Notes under the pieces: generated by a model
Told to the model about the DNA's origin: nothing
The model's input: the letters and a program-made list of their open reading frames with translations, nothing else
The model's database searches: none
Assembly (NCBI GenBank): GCA_964016885.1
Contig: OZ024746.1
Span: 28,148,001-28,212,000, forward strand
Length of the DNA stretch: 64,000 nucleotides
Direction: 5' to 3'
DNA from: Eledone cirrhosa
Taxonomy: Eukaryota
Shown here: positions 26,825 to 37,632 of the stretch, piece by piece
How positions within the stretch are numbered: position 1 is the stretch's first letter
Layout of the letters: every line of letters begins with the position of its first letter
Program-made: the position numbers and the translations under genes

Positions 26825-27510
26825 TGGCAGTTTATTTTATTAACTCCAGAAAGGTGAAAGGCAAGGTTGGCCTCATCAAGATTTGAACTCAGAACATAAA
26901 GAGCAAGCCATTTTGTATGACAGTTAAATTATTCTGCCAACCTGCTACCCTTACATAATAATAATTGTTTCTACTTTTGGCACAAGGCCAGCAATTATCT
27001 CAGTGTATTACTGGTACTTTATTTTATCGACCCTGTAAGGATGAAAGGCAAAGTTGACCTCGGCAGGATTTGAACTCAGACCATAAAGGGCAGTAACTCT
27101 TGCTGCAAAGCATGGCGTCAACCCTCTACTGATAGGCTCAAGGCCAATAATTTGAGAGAAGAGAAAAGTCGATTAAAATGACCCCAGTGCATTACTGGTA
27201 CTTTATTTTATCGACCCTGTAAGGATTAAAGGCAAGGTTAACCTTGGTGGGATTTCAACTCAGAAGATAAAAGTCATAATAATAATAATTGTTTCTACTT
27301 TTGGCACAAGGCCAGCAATTATCCCAAATAATAATGATGACCCTTTACTATAGGTACGAGGCCAGCAATTTGAAAGGAAGGGGAAAGTCGATTAAATTGA
27401 CCCCAGTGCATTACTGGTACTTTATTTTATTGACCCTGTAAGGATGAAAGGCAAAGCTAACCTCAGGGGAATTTGAACTCAGATCGTAACGAGTCATAAC
27501 TATAATAATA
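26825..27510 (-). mobile_element. Cluster of about five full or partial Meta-type SINE copies
   Basis: Repeated TTGTTTCTACTTTTGGCACAAGGCC and TACTTTATTTTATCGACCCTGTAAGGATGAAAGGCAAAG segments. Confidence 0.85.
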
Positions 27511-27724
27511 ATAACAACAACAACAAGAATAATGAGTTAAGCAAAAACACAGGCAGCAGCAAATAATAGAGAAAAGTAATGATAAAAAAAAACCCAAAAC
27601 AAGTAGCAACAAATCATTAAAAACACGAGTATAAACTCAACATCACCATAGATGCAAACAACAGCAACCACACCAATACTAGCAATACTAACAATCCACT
27701 TGCCAAGAAACAACAATTTGTAGC

Positions 27725-28370
27725 AATATATATATATATATTATATATATAAATATATATTATATATAATATTATATATATATATATATATATTTATAAT
27801 ATATATTATATATAATATTATATATATATTTATAATATATATTATATATAATATTATATATATATATATTTATAATATATATTATATATAATATTATATA
27901 TATATATATATATATTGATAATATATATTATATATATATAATATTATATATATAATATTATATATATATATATATATAATATATATATTTATATTATATA
28001 TATATATAATATATATATATAATATATATATATAATATATATATTTATATTATATATATATATAATATATATATATAATATATATATTTATATTATATAT
28101 ATATTAATATATATATATATAATATATATATATAATATATGATATATATATATAATATATATGTATATATATAATATATATGTATATATATAATATATAT
28201 GTATATATATATATAATATATATATATATAATATATATATATATAATATATATATATATAATCTATATATATATAATCTATATATATATAATCTATATAT
28301 ATATAATCTATATATATATATATATAATATATATAATATATATAATATGTATATATATATATATATTTTA
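27725..28370. repeat. Long interrupted (TA)n / AT-rich tract
   Basis: Seen directly. Confidence 0.97.
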
Positions 28371-28413
28371 GACAGACTTTAACTAACGATATACATCAAT
28401 GATGTGGGGGTAC

Positions 28414-28505
28414 CTACGATTTCCGGCTGATAATGTCCGACATTCAAGTTGTGTGGCTTTCCTCTCTTCTGTTTCTGTCCCTGATTCGGTGCCGTTGTCC
28501 TTCAG
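28414..28505 (-). CDS. Internal exon of the minus-strand gene (LKDNGTESGTETEERKATQLECRTLSAGN[R])
   Basis: ttacttttggcacag|CTGAAGGAC...; only the phase-0 frame is open. Tandem donors ATC|GTAGGT (exon end 28418) and TAG|GTACCC (exon end 28414). It forms a GC-richer unique island. Confidence 0.68.
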
Positions 28506-29091
28506 CTGTGCCAAAAGTAATACTTTGGTCAGCATTCACAGAAGATAGAAAACAAATATCGCACAACAATTATACAGAAATATACAGTAGTAAGACAATA
28601 TATTATTTTTAAATAATAAAAATAGTAGAAATTAAAATGAAAGATCCTAACAGCTAGCAGTTAAGTAGGAATAAATTTTCATGGAGATGGAAGAAAGAGG
28701 AAGAGAATAATATACAGGGACGTTCTATGAAATGGTACTAATTGGAATTACTGACCTCTCAGGCTAACTGTGGGTTTGCATCTTACATACAAACCTGCAC
28801 TGTACAGAGTACACATTTCATCATGACATCGTCACTATGGACGGTGTCGTGTCTTTGACATATCTAAACAGTCCTCTTGGTGTGTATCCTCTCACAAACA
28901 CTCTTCAGAGTGAACTGAGTGTATTTTATCATGTAACTAACTTTACCTCTTCTCACCAACCACTTTAACCCTTTAGTATTTAAACCAGCCATATCCTGCC
29001 AGAACTCTATCACCTCTTTCTGTGTTTTATCAGGTAACTAACACTAATAGGTTATCATGCCCCTGATACAACTGAATATTATTTTGACTAT

Positions 29092-29445
29092 ATCACCCGG
29101 TCTGAGAATTGAACTCACAACCTTTCGATTGTGGTTAGAGCATTGGCCTTACAATCGAAAGGTTGTGAGTTCAATTCTCAGACCGGGTGATGTGTTGTTT
29201 CCTTGAGCAAGACACTTTATTTCACAATGCTCCAGTTTACTCAGCTGTAGAAATGAGATGATAGGGACTGGAGTCCATATCATTCCACTGCAAAGTGGTC
29301 GTAGAGGTGCCACAGCAAAAAAGCACCCAGTACTCACTGTAAATGAGGTTGGTGTTAAGAAGGGCATCCAGCTGTAGAAATCAAGCCAGAATCAGTTCCC
29401 GTCCCACCCTTGCAAGCAGGGAAAAGCGGCCGTGAAATGAAATTC
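29092..29445 (+). mobile_element. CORE-type SINE with an inverted duplication of its 5' end
   Basis: 29092-29131 is the exact reverse complement of 29152-29191. The remainder matches the 30345-30678 copy. Confidence 0.9.
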
Positions 29446-29574
29446 TATATACATGTTAAATATATATGTTTAGTCCAGTGGTAGTCATTTCTATATAAAA
29501 TAAAGATGCCTATACTCTACTAACGTATTGAGTACCATTTTTAAGTATGAACACCTCTCAATATATATATAAAG

Positions 29575-29760
29575 GGCGGTGAATTGGCAGTATCAGTAGA
29601 GAGTCGGACGCCATGCTTTCCAGCATAGTTACGTCCCTTTACGATCTGAGTTCGAATCCCGCCGAGGTTGACTTTGCCTTTCATCCTTACAGGGTCGATA
29701 AAATAAAGTACCAGTAATGCACTGGGTAATTGCTGGCTTTGTGCCTGAAGTAGAAACAAT
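29575..29760 (+). mobile_element. Full-length Meta-type SINE in (TA)n
   Basis: Matches the family consensus. Confidence 0.92.
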
Positions 29761-29984
29761 ATATATATATATATAATGGAATACTGTTGGCTTCTGGCTA
29801 CAATACTTTCTATACCTTTCATTTATATATATATATATATATATCTATACATTTATGTGTTTGTGCTGCAAGATTCTGGATGTGAGATCGTGTGTTGAAA
29901 CCGATATTGTTATATTTGGGGATGGTCATGTTGCCAATATTGTCATTAGAAAGAAACACATGCACCATGTAATTTTCAGTCATG

Positions 29985-30270
29985 AATGACCATGGGATTT
30001 GTACCTAGAAAGTTCCCATTGAAGGCACAAATCCAATCAAGGTTGTGAAAGACCAGCATTTACCCATGCATACCAATCTCCCCTCTCCACGCCACTGATC
30101 TTGTCCAATACAGCTTGGCCCCAGTGATGTCACAGCTCATTTCTACAGCTGAGTAAACTGGAGCAACGTGAGATAAAGTGTCTTGCACAACACACAGCCC
30201 AGTCCGGGAATCAAACTCATAACCTTACGATTAAGCCCAATGCTCTAGCCACTATGCTATGTGCCTTCAC
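29985..30270 (-). mobile_element. CORE-type SINE, alternative body and tail variant (B)
   Basis: tRNA-like head and CORE (GCAAGACACTTTATCTCACGTTGCTCCAGTTTACTCAGCTGTAGAAATG) followed by a different body (...GGGAACTTTCTAGGTACAAATCCCATGGTCATT). Homologues lie at 36785-37118 and 61730-61992. Confidence 0.82.
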
Positions 30271-30293
30271 ATATATGCCAGAATATGTGTGTA

Positions 30294-30334
<41 letters not shown>

Positions 30335-30344
30335 GTGGAGGCAA

Positions 30345-30678
30345 TGGAGGCACATGGCTTAGTGGTTAGAGCATTGGCCTTGCAATCGAAAGGTTGTGAG
30401 TTCAATTCTCAGACCGGGTGATGTGTTGTTTCCTTGAGCAAGACACTTTATTTCACATTGCTCCAGTTTACTCAGCTGTAGAAATGAGATGATAGGGACT
30501 GGGGTCGCTATCATTCCACTGCAAAGTGGTCGTGGAGGTGCCATGCCAAAAAAGCACCCAGCACTCACTGTAAATGAGGTTGGTGTTAGGAAGGGCATCC
30601 AGCTGTAGAAATCAAGCTAGAATCAGTTCCCGTCCCACCCTTGCAAGCAGGGAAAAGCGGACGTAAAATGATGATGAT
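30345..30678 (+). mobile_element. Full-length tRNA-derived CORE-type SINE with RTE-like tail
   Basis: GGAGGCACATGGCTTAGTGGTTAGAGC (A box) ... GAGTTCAATTCTC (B box), then CORE, then CCCTTGCAAGCAGGGAAAAGCGGACGTAAAATGATGATGAT. Confidence 0.93.
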
Positions 30679-30809
30679 ATATATCCAGGGAGTGTAATGC
30701 AGAGTTACTGTAGGTTTACCCGGGTGAGCACTCGTTTAGGTTCACGATGGTCTTGAGGTGCAGAGCTAGACATATATATATATATATATATAATATATAT
30801 ATATATATA

Positions 30810-31080
30810 CACTATATTAATAAATGTAAACTGTATTTATAAAACCATATTTATTTTATTATACATATTTCAAGGGCAACCAAGGCAAATTATGGTGTGC
30901 TTTCATCAGATAAAATATAGATTTGTTTTATAAATAAATATTGACATACCTGGAAAAAAATATGGTTTTATAAAATATGGTTTTATAAATATAGTTTCCA
31001 TTTATTAATATATTGTGTATTTACTCCACTAAACTGTTGAGTGCTTTATATCAGTTATAAAACAAATTAAGTATAACCTC

Positions 31081-31085
<5 letters not shown>
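30810..31085. mobile_element. Fold-back element family A copy between (TA)n tracts
   Basis: Inverted arms TATTAATAAATG.AAACT.TATTTATAAAACCATATT and AATATGGTTTTATAAATATAGTTTCCATTTATTAATA. Homologous to 34980-35300 and 43475-43720. Confidence 0.85.
30852..30917 (-). ncRNA. Minimal type I hammerhead ribozyme (intact core)
   Basis: Minus strand: TATTTTAT-CTGATGA-AAGCACACCA...TGGTTGCCCTT-GAAA-TATGTA-TA^-ATAAAATA, with a perfect 8-bp stem I. Confidence 0.82.
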
Positions 31086-31138
<53 letters not shown>

Positions 31139-31559
31139 CCGGCATACTCTGGATGGGCTATTTTGAGACAGTTTCACAGCTGGAATATAAATATACATGT
31201 ATATGCATGTTTGTATGTATATGCATGTATATATGCATGTTTGTATGTGTGCATAAACATGTGTGTGCATGGTTTATGAGAAAGTGAATGTATGTATAGA
31301 GAATTTGGTCACAAAACCTCTGAACATTAGAATTTATATTCAGATCTAGTGAGTCTTCTCCTCTCACTTTCTCTCAGTAGTCGTCAATGTTTAGCCCAAG
31401 GCTGGCCTTCCTCAAGCAGATTTATGATTAAGTGCTTTTCAGTTTTGACCACTCAGTCATTTTCACATATACCCCTAAACAAATTAAAGTAACCATTCCC
31501 CCCCCCCTGCCTGCCTTTTCTTAGGTAGTGTCTTTCATTAGAAATATGGTAATTAAACA

Positions 31560-31982
31560 GCTATGTCATTAACCCTTTCATTACTATATTTCTAATGAAA
31601 GACACTACCTATGTCATTAACCCTTTCATTACAATATTTCTAATGAAAGACACTACCTATGTCATTAACCCTTTCTTTACCATATTTCTAATGAAAGACA
31701 CTACCTACGTCATTAACCCTTTCATTACTATATTTCTAATGAAAGACACTACCTATGTCATTAACCCTTTCATTTCCATATTTCTAATGAAAAACACTGC
31801 CTATGTCATTAACCCTTTCATTACCATATTTCTCATTATCAAGCATTTTTTGGAATATAAATTAAAGCTTCTTATATCAATTACAATAGAAGGTTTTGTT
31901 ATAGATAGTATGAATAATATAGTGCTGTTCATAAAACTGGAGAGCAAGGGTGGCAACTTCAATGCAGTTTCAAAAAGGTTAA
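31560..31982 (+). repeat. 48-bp tandem repeat (6 copies) formed from the terminus of a TTAA-CCCTT (piggyBac-like) MITE, followed by the MITE body
   Basis: Unit CTATGTCATTAACCCTTTCATTACTATATTTCTAATGAAAGACACTAC. The last unit runs into sequence ending AAAAGGTTAA at about 31982. It explains the spurious MKDTTYVINPF ORF. Confidence 0.75.
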
Positions 31983-32558
31983 ATACAGTGATTTGTAAGA
32001 TTTTGGCTGCTATTTCTAGCATATTGTGTGATCACCAAAAGGTTCCCTTATATTCTCATTAGTTGTTACCATGTGTTATAAAGAAAGGAATTCTCCCTCG
32101 CAATTAAGTTTGCACTTTTACTTCCAATAATGCTGGGCTTTTGTAGTTTTTTTTTTATCTTTGAGCATTATCTTGGTTTCTTAACCACTCCACACATTAA
32201 GGGCTCTCTAAAGTTTGCCTCTGGCAGAGTTATTTAACGCCTGTCGAAGCCATTTCCATCTCAGTGTTGATGCAGGAAGACATTAGACAGTGTTCCCACA
32301 CTTTAATATAGCAGAAGATATTTGGATCTTTACAAAGTAGTTTCAGAAAACATCTGTTTAGCAATGTCTCTATTTCCCTCAAAGCTCTTACTACATTAAA
32401 CATACTTTCTGTGTATGTGTTTATGTGCGTGTATGTTAAGGATACATGTCTATATGTATGTATACTTACACATGCACACATACTTTGTTTGTGTGTGTAT
32501 ATCTATGAGAGAGAGAGAGAAAGAGAGAGGGGGTGAGAAGAGGAGGAGGAGGATGAGA

Positions 32559-32595
<37 letters not shown>

Positions 32596-33389
32596 AAAGA
32601 GAGAGAGAGAGGATGAGAGAGAGGATGAGAGAAAAGAGGAGAGAGAGGATGAGAGAAAGGATGAGAGAGGAGAGAGAGAGAGAGAGATCAATTTGCCAAC
32701 AAATCATCTCTACAGTCATTAGACATACTAGAAACAGCAACCAAATCACCCTCAAACACACCCGTATGTCTTCATGTGAAATGGTGATGAGTATTCCAGT
32801 TGCTCAAGTAATGGAACAGCCTGTTTCTGAAATTACATCCAAACAGCTGAGTATTCCACAGACACGTGTACTCTTAAAATACATCTCAAAGAGATATAGC
32901 ATGATAGAGTGTGTGACAAGTTTAACTCTTAATTACAGGCAAAGTTCATGTGACGGGCTTCCACGCAGTTTCTGTAGAGCCAATTTCCCTCACAAGACTG
33001 ATGTTGACTCATCCTATGGTAAATGACACTAGTTTAAAATTTTAATGATTAGGATTGAACCCAAGATTGCAAAACCATTTAGACATATGTTGAGACAAAT
33101 TCACACACACATGACCACATTCACATGCACACACACACACACACATACTCACACACAAACACACACACACACACATAAATACATAATGAGACTGAAATTT
33201 ACAGCTGACACCAATATAGGTTTAGCTGGCCTTCTACAATGTTGTATGTCGCATGTGTTTTAACAATAGAGGCCTCAGTCTATCGTGTTGGTGTTATATC
33301 TACACATATGTAGGTGTAGCTGGACTTTTATGAAGATGTATCGCTTCAGGTGCTTTAATGACAGAGACCACAGACTTATCAATGTAGGT

Positions 33390-34430
33390 TTAGTGGGAGG
33401 TTTTTCAGGAGTTTTAACAATAGGGTCCATCTTCTTGGTTTAGTAACATGTACTCTGTCTTGGTAACATTTATGTGTAGACTAATTTTCCTGGCAGAGAA
33501 TTCGACTTTATAGAGAATTTCTTTAGCTTAGTCAATGGTGTTTCATAGAGGGGTTATGTCATCAGCAAAATCTGTAACACAAATAACAATTGGTAGGTTT
33601 CACTTCACCTTTGTGTAAATATAAAGCCGAAATATTGTTCATTAACAATGGCTTCCCTCATGGCATAGTCAAGAGTTATTATATATAGATATGGTGCCAA
33701 TGTTTCACCTTCAAGGACCCACTAATATTTTGAGAAACTCTGTATCACCATCAGGAGAAAAAAACTTGGTCTTCTGTGTTTATGTAGAGTACAGTTATAG
33801 CAGAAAATGTGACATCAAGTATGCAATATGCAACTAGGATTAACATACACTTTCCTCTATGAATGAAGTCAAAAACCTTTTGGAAGTGAATGAAAGTTAG
33901 TACAGCTTTCAGGTTCTTTGATCTGACACCTAGTAGCCTCTGCAGTGTCAATATTTGTGATACAGTTGATCTATTCTGCCTGAAACCAATTTGATTTATT
34001 CTGAGTTTCAGGTTTAGATGTGTTCTTATTTTGTTTAGTAGAATTTTGTAGATTTTAACTCCAACTACTGACAAAGTAATTCCTCTATAAATTGCAGTAT
34101 ATTCTAGATCCCTCTTCTTGGGTAGAGGCACTATTCTTCCTTTTCTCCAGATTTTCTGTATATCTCCTTTGGAAGTCTTATCCAACCTGTAACTTTGTTG
34201 TTTTATGTCGACATGATTGTATCTTTCAATTCCTGCAATGTAAAATCACCAACATTTGTAGGCAGTGGGTCAAATACCTTGTTAATGTTTCCTGCAACTA
34301 CCAAGGGAGTTTGTCTAAGTAACTTAGCAAAATGTTCCTTCCACAACTTTACTCATTCATATACATATATTCTCCATTTGCGAGAGGTAAACACTCTCTG
34401 AGTAATCAATTTGAAGCCACATTACATAAT
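33390..34430 (-). mobile_element. Degenerate RTE-group LINE reverse transcriptase
   Basis: IVPLPKKRDL...YRGITLS...NQIGFRQNRSTVSQILTLQRL...F.KVFDFIHRGK, followed by GVLEGETLAPYLYIITLDYAMR and DFADDI (about 33555-33575). Confidence 0.9.
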
Positions 34431-34642
34431 GCCTCCTGACATTACCTAATTTCTATGAATGGTGGTTCCAGTCTGACTATTGTTAACAGATGGGAATTGC
34501 AGATACTAAGTCTTTGTCAGGGATTTTGATATGTTAATATCACACCAACATGAATTTGTTTTTATTACTAATTAACGTTTGTGTGCACAAATATATACAC
34601 ACGCATACACACACATGCATATATATATACATATATATATCT

Positions 34643-34696
<54 letters not shown>

Positions 34697-34699
<3 letters not shown>

Positions 34700-34972
34700 A
34701 TGTTGTTTCCTGATGTGTTGTTTCCTTGAGCAAGGCACTTTATTTCACATTGCTCCAGTTTACTCAGCTGTGGAAATGAGATGATAGGGACTGAGGTCCA
34801 TATTCCACTGCAAAGTGGCCGTGGAGGTGCCACGGGAAAAAAGCACCCAGCACTCACTGTAAATGAGGTTGGTGTTAGGAAGGGCATGCAGCTATAGAAA
34901 TCAAGCCAGCATCAGTTCCCGTCACACCCTTGCAAGCAGGGAAAAAGCGGACGTAAAATAAAATGATGATGA
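34697..34972 (+). mobile_element. CORE-type SINE, 5'-truncated
   Basis: Matches 30345-30678, with a short 14-bp duplication at the 5' junction. Confidence 0.9.
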
Positions 34973-34979
34973 TATATAT

Positions 34980-35297
34980 ATGTAGAATTTCTATTTAAAT
35001 TGTTGGGATACAACAAGCAAATATTTTTATAACTGATATAAAGCACTCAACAAATAATTGGAGTAAAAATACGATATTAAGAAATGGAAACTATATTTAT
35101 AAAACCATATTTATTTCATTTTACATATTTCAAGGACATCAAGTTAAATTATGGTGTGCTTTCATCAGATAAAATATAATATAGAGCAGTTTTATAAATA
35201 ACTGATGAAAGCACACCATAATTTAACTTGGTGTCCTTGAAATATGTATAATGGAAACTATATTTATAAAACCATATTTATTTCATTTGTTAATATC

Positions 35298-35300
<3 letters not shown>
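34980..35300. mobile_element. Fold-back element family A copy with two hammerhead cores in opposite orientation (35112-35176 minus; 35202-35250 plus)
   Basis: CTGATGA-AAGCACACCATAATTTAACTTGRTGTCCTT-GAAA-TATGTA is present on both strands. The minus copy has AA in place of the UH site. The plus copy lacks its stem I partner. Confidence 0.8.
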
Positions 35301-35341
<41 letters not shown>

Positions 35342-35410
35342 AAAAAGAGATGAAATCGAAAATGCAACTGGAGTCTTATTTTTTTTTTAAATATATATAT
35401 TTATTTGGTT

Positions 35411-35448
35411 CCTTTACCGGTTTCGCAGTTCTTCTGCTTTTCAAAAGG
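35411..35448 (-). ncRNA. Minimal type I hammerhead, U3-A8 core variant
   Basis: Minus strand: CCTT-TTGAAAA-GCAG(AAGAA)CTGC-GAAA-CCGG-TA^-AAGG. Confidence 0.7.
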
Positions 35449-35503
35449 TGAGTTGAGATGGAGGGTCTGTGGTAAAAACCACAGACCCTCCATCTCAACT
35501 GTA

Positions 35504-35540
35504 CTTTTGAAAAGCAGAAGAACTGCGAAACCGGTAAAGG
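35504..35540 (+). ncRNA. Minimal type I hammerhead, U3-A8 core variant (mirror copy)
   Basis: CTT-TTGAAAA-GCAG(AAGAA)CTGC-GAAA-CCGG-TA^-AAGG, with a 3-bp stem I. Confidence 0.62.
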
Positions 35541-35671
35541 AACCAAATAAATATATATATTTAAAAAAAAAATAAGACTCCAGTTGCATTTTCGATTTCA
35601 TCTTTTTTTCTTTATACTTTCACTCGTGTAGGACACCTCGGTTATTTTTCATTTTGTAAAAAAAACCTCAC

Positions 35672-35716
<45 letters not shown>

Positions 35717-35862
35717 TTTTGAGTTTATGTTGGTTGTATACCAACACCTCAGTATGCAGGCTGGAGCACTCGACGAAGTGCGCAGGTTGGTTTGGTTACT
35801 CCGGAGTAGTGTAAAATAAAGTTAAATAAAAGTCAAATGATTAAAATTTAGCTTCGTTTATT

Positions 35863-35917
35863 ACTGCTATATATATTTCAGTGACAGCCATCTTTGGCTG
35901 TGACCTCTTCAGGCAGT
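35863..35917 (-). ncRNA. Minimal type I hammerhead ribozyme (mirror of 36187-36241)
   Basis: Exact reverse complement of the plus-strand copy. Confidence 0.8.
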
Positions 35918-36186
35918 TTGAATTAGTATGGTATAGACAAGTACATATGTTGTTTAGGTGTATGATATTGTCAATACTCTGATATGCCCAGTTCCTTGTT
36001 GGGTTGTTAATTCACTGGGGAACTGGAGTCATATGACTCCAGTTGTTAATTCACTGGGGAACTGGAGTCATATGACTCCAGTTCCCCAGTGAATTAACAA
36101 CCCAACAAGGAACTGGGCATATCAGAGTATTGACAATATCATACACCTAAACAACATATGTACTTGTCTATACCATACTAATTCAA

Positions 36187-36241
36187 ACTGCCTGAAGAGG
36201 TCACAGCCAAAGATGGCTGTCACTGAAATATATATAGCAGT
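36187..36241 (+). ncRNA. Minimal type I hammerhead ribozyme (intact core)
   Basis: ACTGC-CTGAAGA-GGTCACAGCCA(AAGA)TGGCTGTCACT-GAAA-TATATA-TA^-GCAGT: 5-bp stem I, an 11-position stem II with one C-C mismatch, and a palindromic stem III. Confidence 0.82.
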
Positions 36242-36285
36242 AATAAACGAAGCTAAATTTTAATCATTTGACTTTTATTTAACTT

Positions 36286-36321
<36 letters not shown>

Positions 36322-36591
36322 CACACACACACACAATCCATGGATTATTTCTTTTCAGCAGCAAAACAGATGGAGGCCACAGACATCCTTGCTTGTTGTG
36401 AAATCTGTTGCAACAGACGACATATTGTGAGACAACAGGATTTAATGAGAGATAGATGTGTATGTATTTAAGGGTGTATGAGTCTGCATTCCTGTATGGA
36501 TGTGTATCCCGGTATGTGATAGATGACAGAAAGACCTTCAAGTGTATTTGCACACTTGCTTAGTATATGTATGCATATATATATATATAAA

Positions 36592-36775
36592 TGTTTCTAC
36601 TTTAGGCACAAGGCCAGCAATTACCCAGTGCATTACTGGTACTTTATTTTATCGACCCCGCAACGATGAAAGGCAAAGTCAACCTCGGCAGGATTTGAAC
36701 TCAGATCGTAAAGGGACGTAACAATGCTGGAAAGCATGGCGTCCGACCCTCTACTGATACTGCCAATCCACCGCC
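36592..36775 (-). mobile_element. Full-length Meta-type SINE
   Basis: Reverse complement of the family consensus. Confidence 0.92.
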
Positions 36776-36784
36776 ATATATATA

Positions 36785-37118
36785 AAGGTAAGGTAAAGGT
36801 AAAGACAACCTTCGGACACAAATGACCATGGGATTTGCACCTGGAAAGTTCCCCTCCGAGGCACAAGTCCAGGCAAGTCTGTTTGTGGAAAACCAGCAGT
36901 CGTCCATGCATACCAGTCTCCACTCTCCAATGACATCGATGTTGTCCAATGGAAAGGCAAAGGCTGATACAACTCATTTCCATAGCTGATGTGAAATGGA
37001 GCAACGTGAAATAAAGTGTCTTGCTCAAGAACACAATACACAGCCTGGCCCAAGAATTGAACTCACAACCTCACAATCGTAAGCCCAACGAACTAACTAC
37101 TAAGCCATGTGCCTTCAC
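36785..37118 (-). mobile_element. CORE-type SINE variant B with a (TTTACC/TTACC)n tail
   Basis: Head GTGAAGGCACATGGCTTAGTAGTTAG, then CORE, then a body shared with 29985-30270. Tail TCTTTACCTTTACCTTACCTTTA. Confidence 0.85.
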
Positions 37119-37148
37119 ATATGTATATATAATACATATATACAGATA

Positions 37149-37182
<34 letters not shown>

Positions 37183-37632
37183 GTACATACATATATATAT
37201 ACATACACACATATATATATACATACACACATATATACATACACACATATATACATACACACATATATACATACACACATACACACACATATATACATAC
37301 ACATATATATACATACATATATACATACACACATACACACATATATACATACACACACATATATATATGTATGTATGTATGTACGTACATATATACATAC
37401 ATACACACACACATATATACACATATATATATATATACATACATATATACATACACACATACACACATATATACATACACACACATATATATATATACAT
37501 ACATATATACATACACACATACATACATACATATATATACATAAATACATACACACACACATATATATATATGTATGTATGTATGTATGTACATACATAT
37601 ATACATGCACACACACACATATATATATATAG

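Larger units (their letters stand above)
35335..35680. mobile_element. Fold-back element family B: near-perfect palindrome of about 280 bp plus a short unique tail, flanked by (TA)n
   Basis: Arms at about 35335-35473 and 35478-35615 are reverse complements apart from a few mismatches. Confidence 0.9.
35715..36292. mobile_element. Fold-back element family C: perfect inverted repeat with arms of about 220 bp (35812-36292) plus a unique end, flanked by (TA)n
   Basis: No mismatch between the arms was seen by eye. The centre AACTGGAGTCATATGACTCCAGTT occurs twice because of a 39-bp direct duplication. Confidence 0.92.

Noticed and set aside
29149-29367. Recurrent 'MPFLTPTSFTVS...' ORFs suggesting a gene family
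   Set aside because: Antisense translations of CORE-SINE copies.
30345-30420. tRNA gene
   Set aside because: A and B boxes are present, but they are the head of a multi-copy SINE that continues into CORE and a LINE-like tail.
31595-32062. 155-aa repeat protein MKDTTYVINPF...
   Set aside because: Translation of a 48-bp TE-derived tandem repeat.
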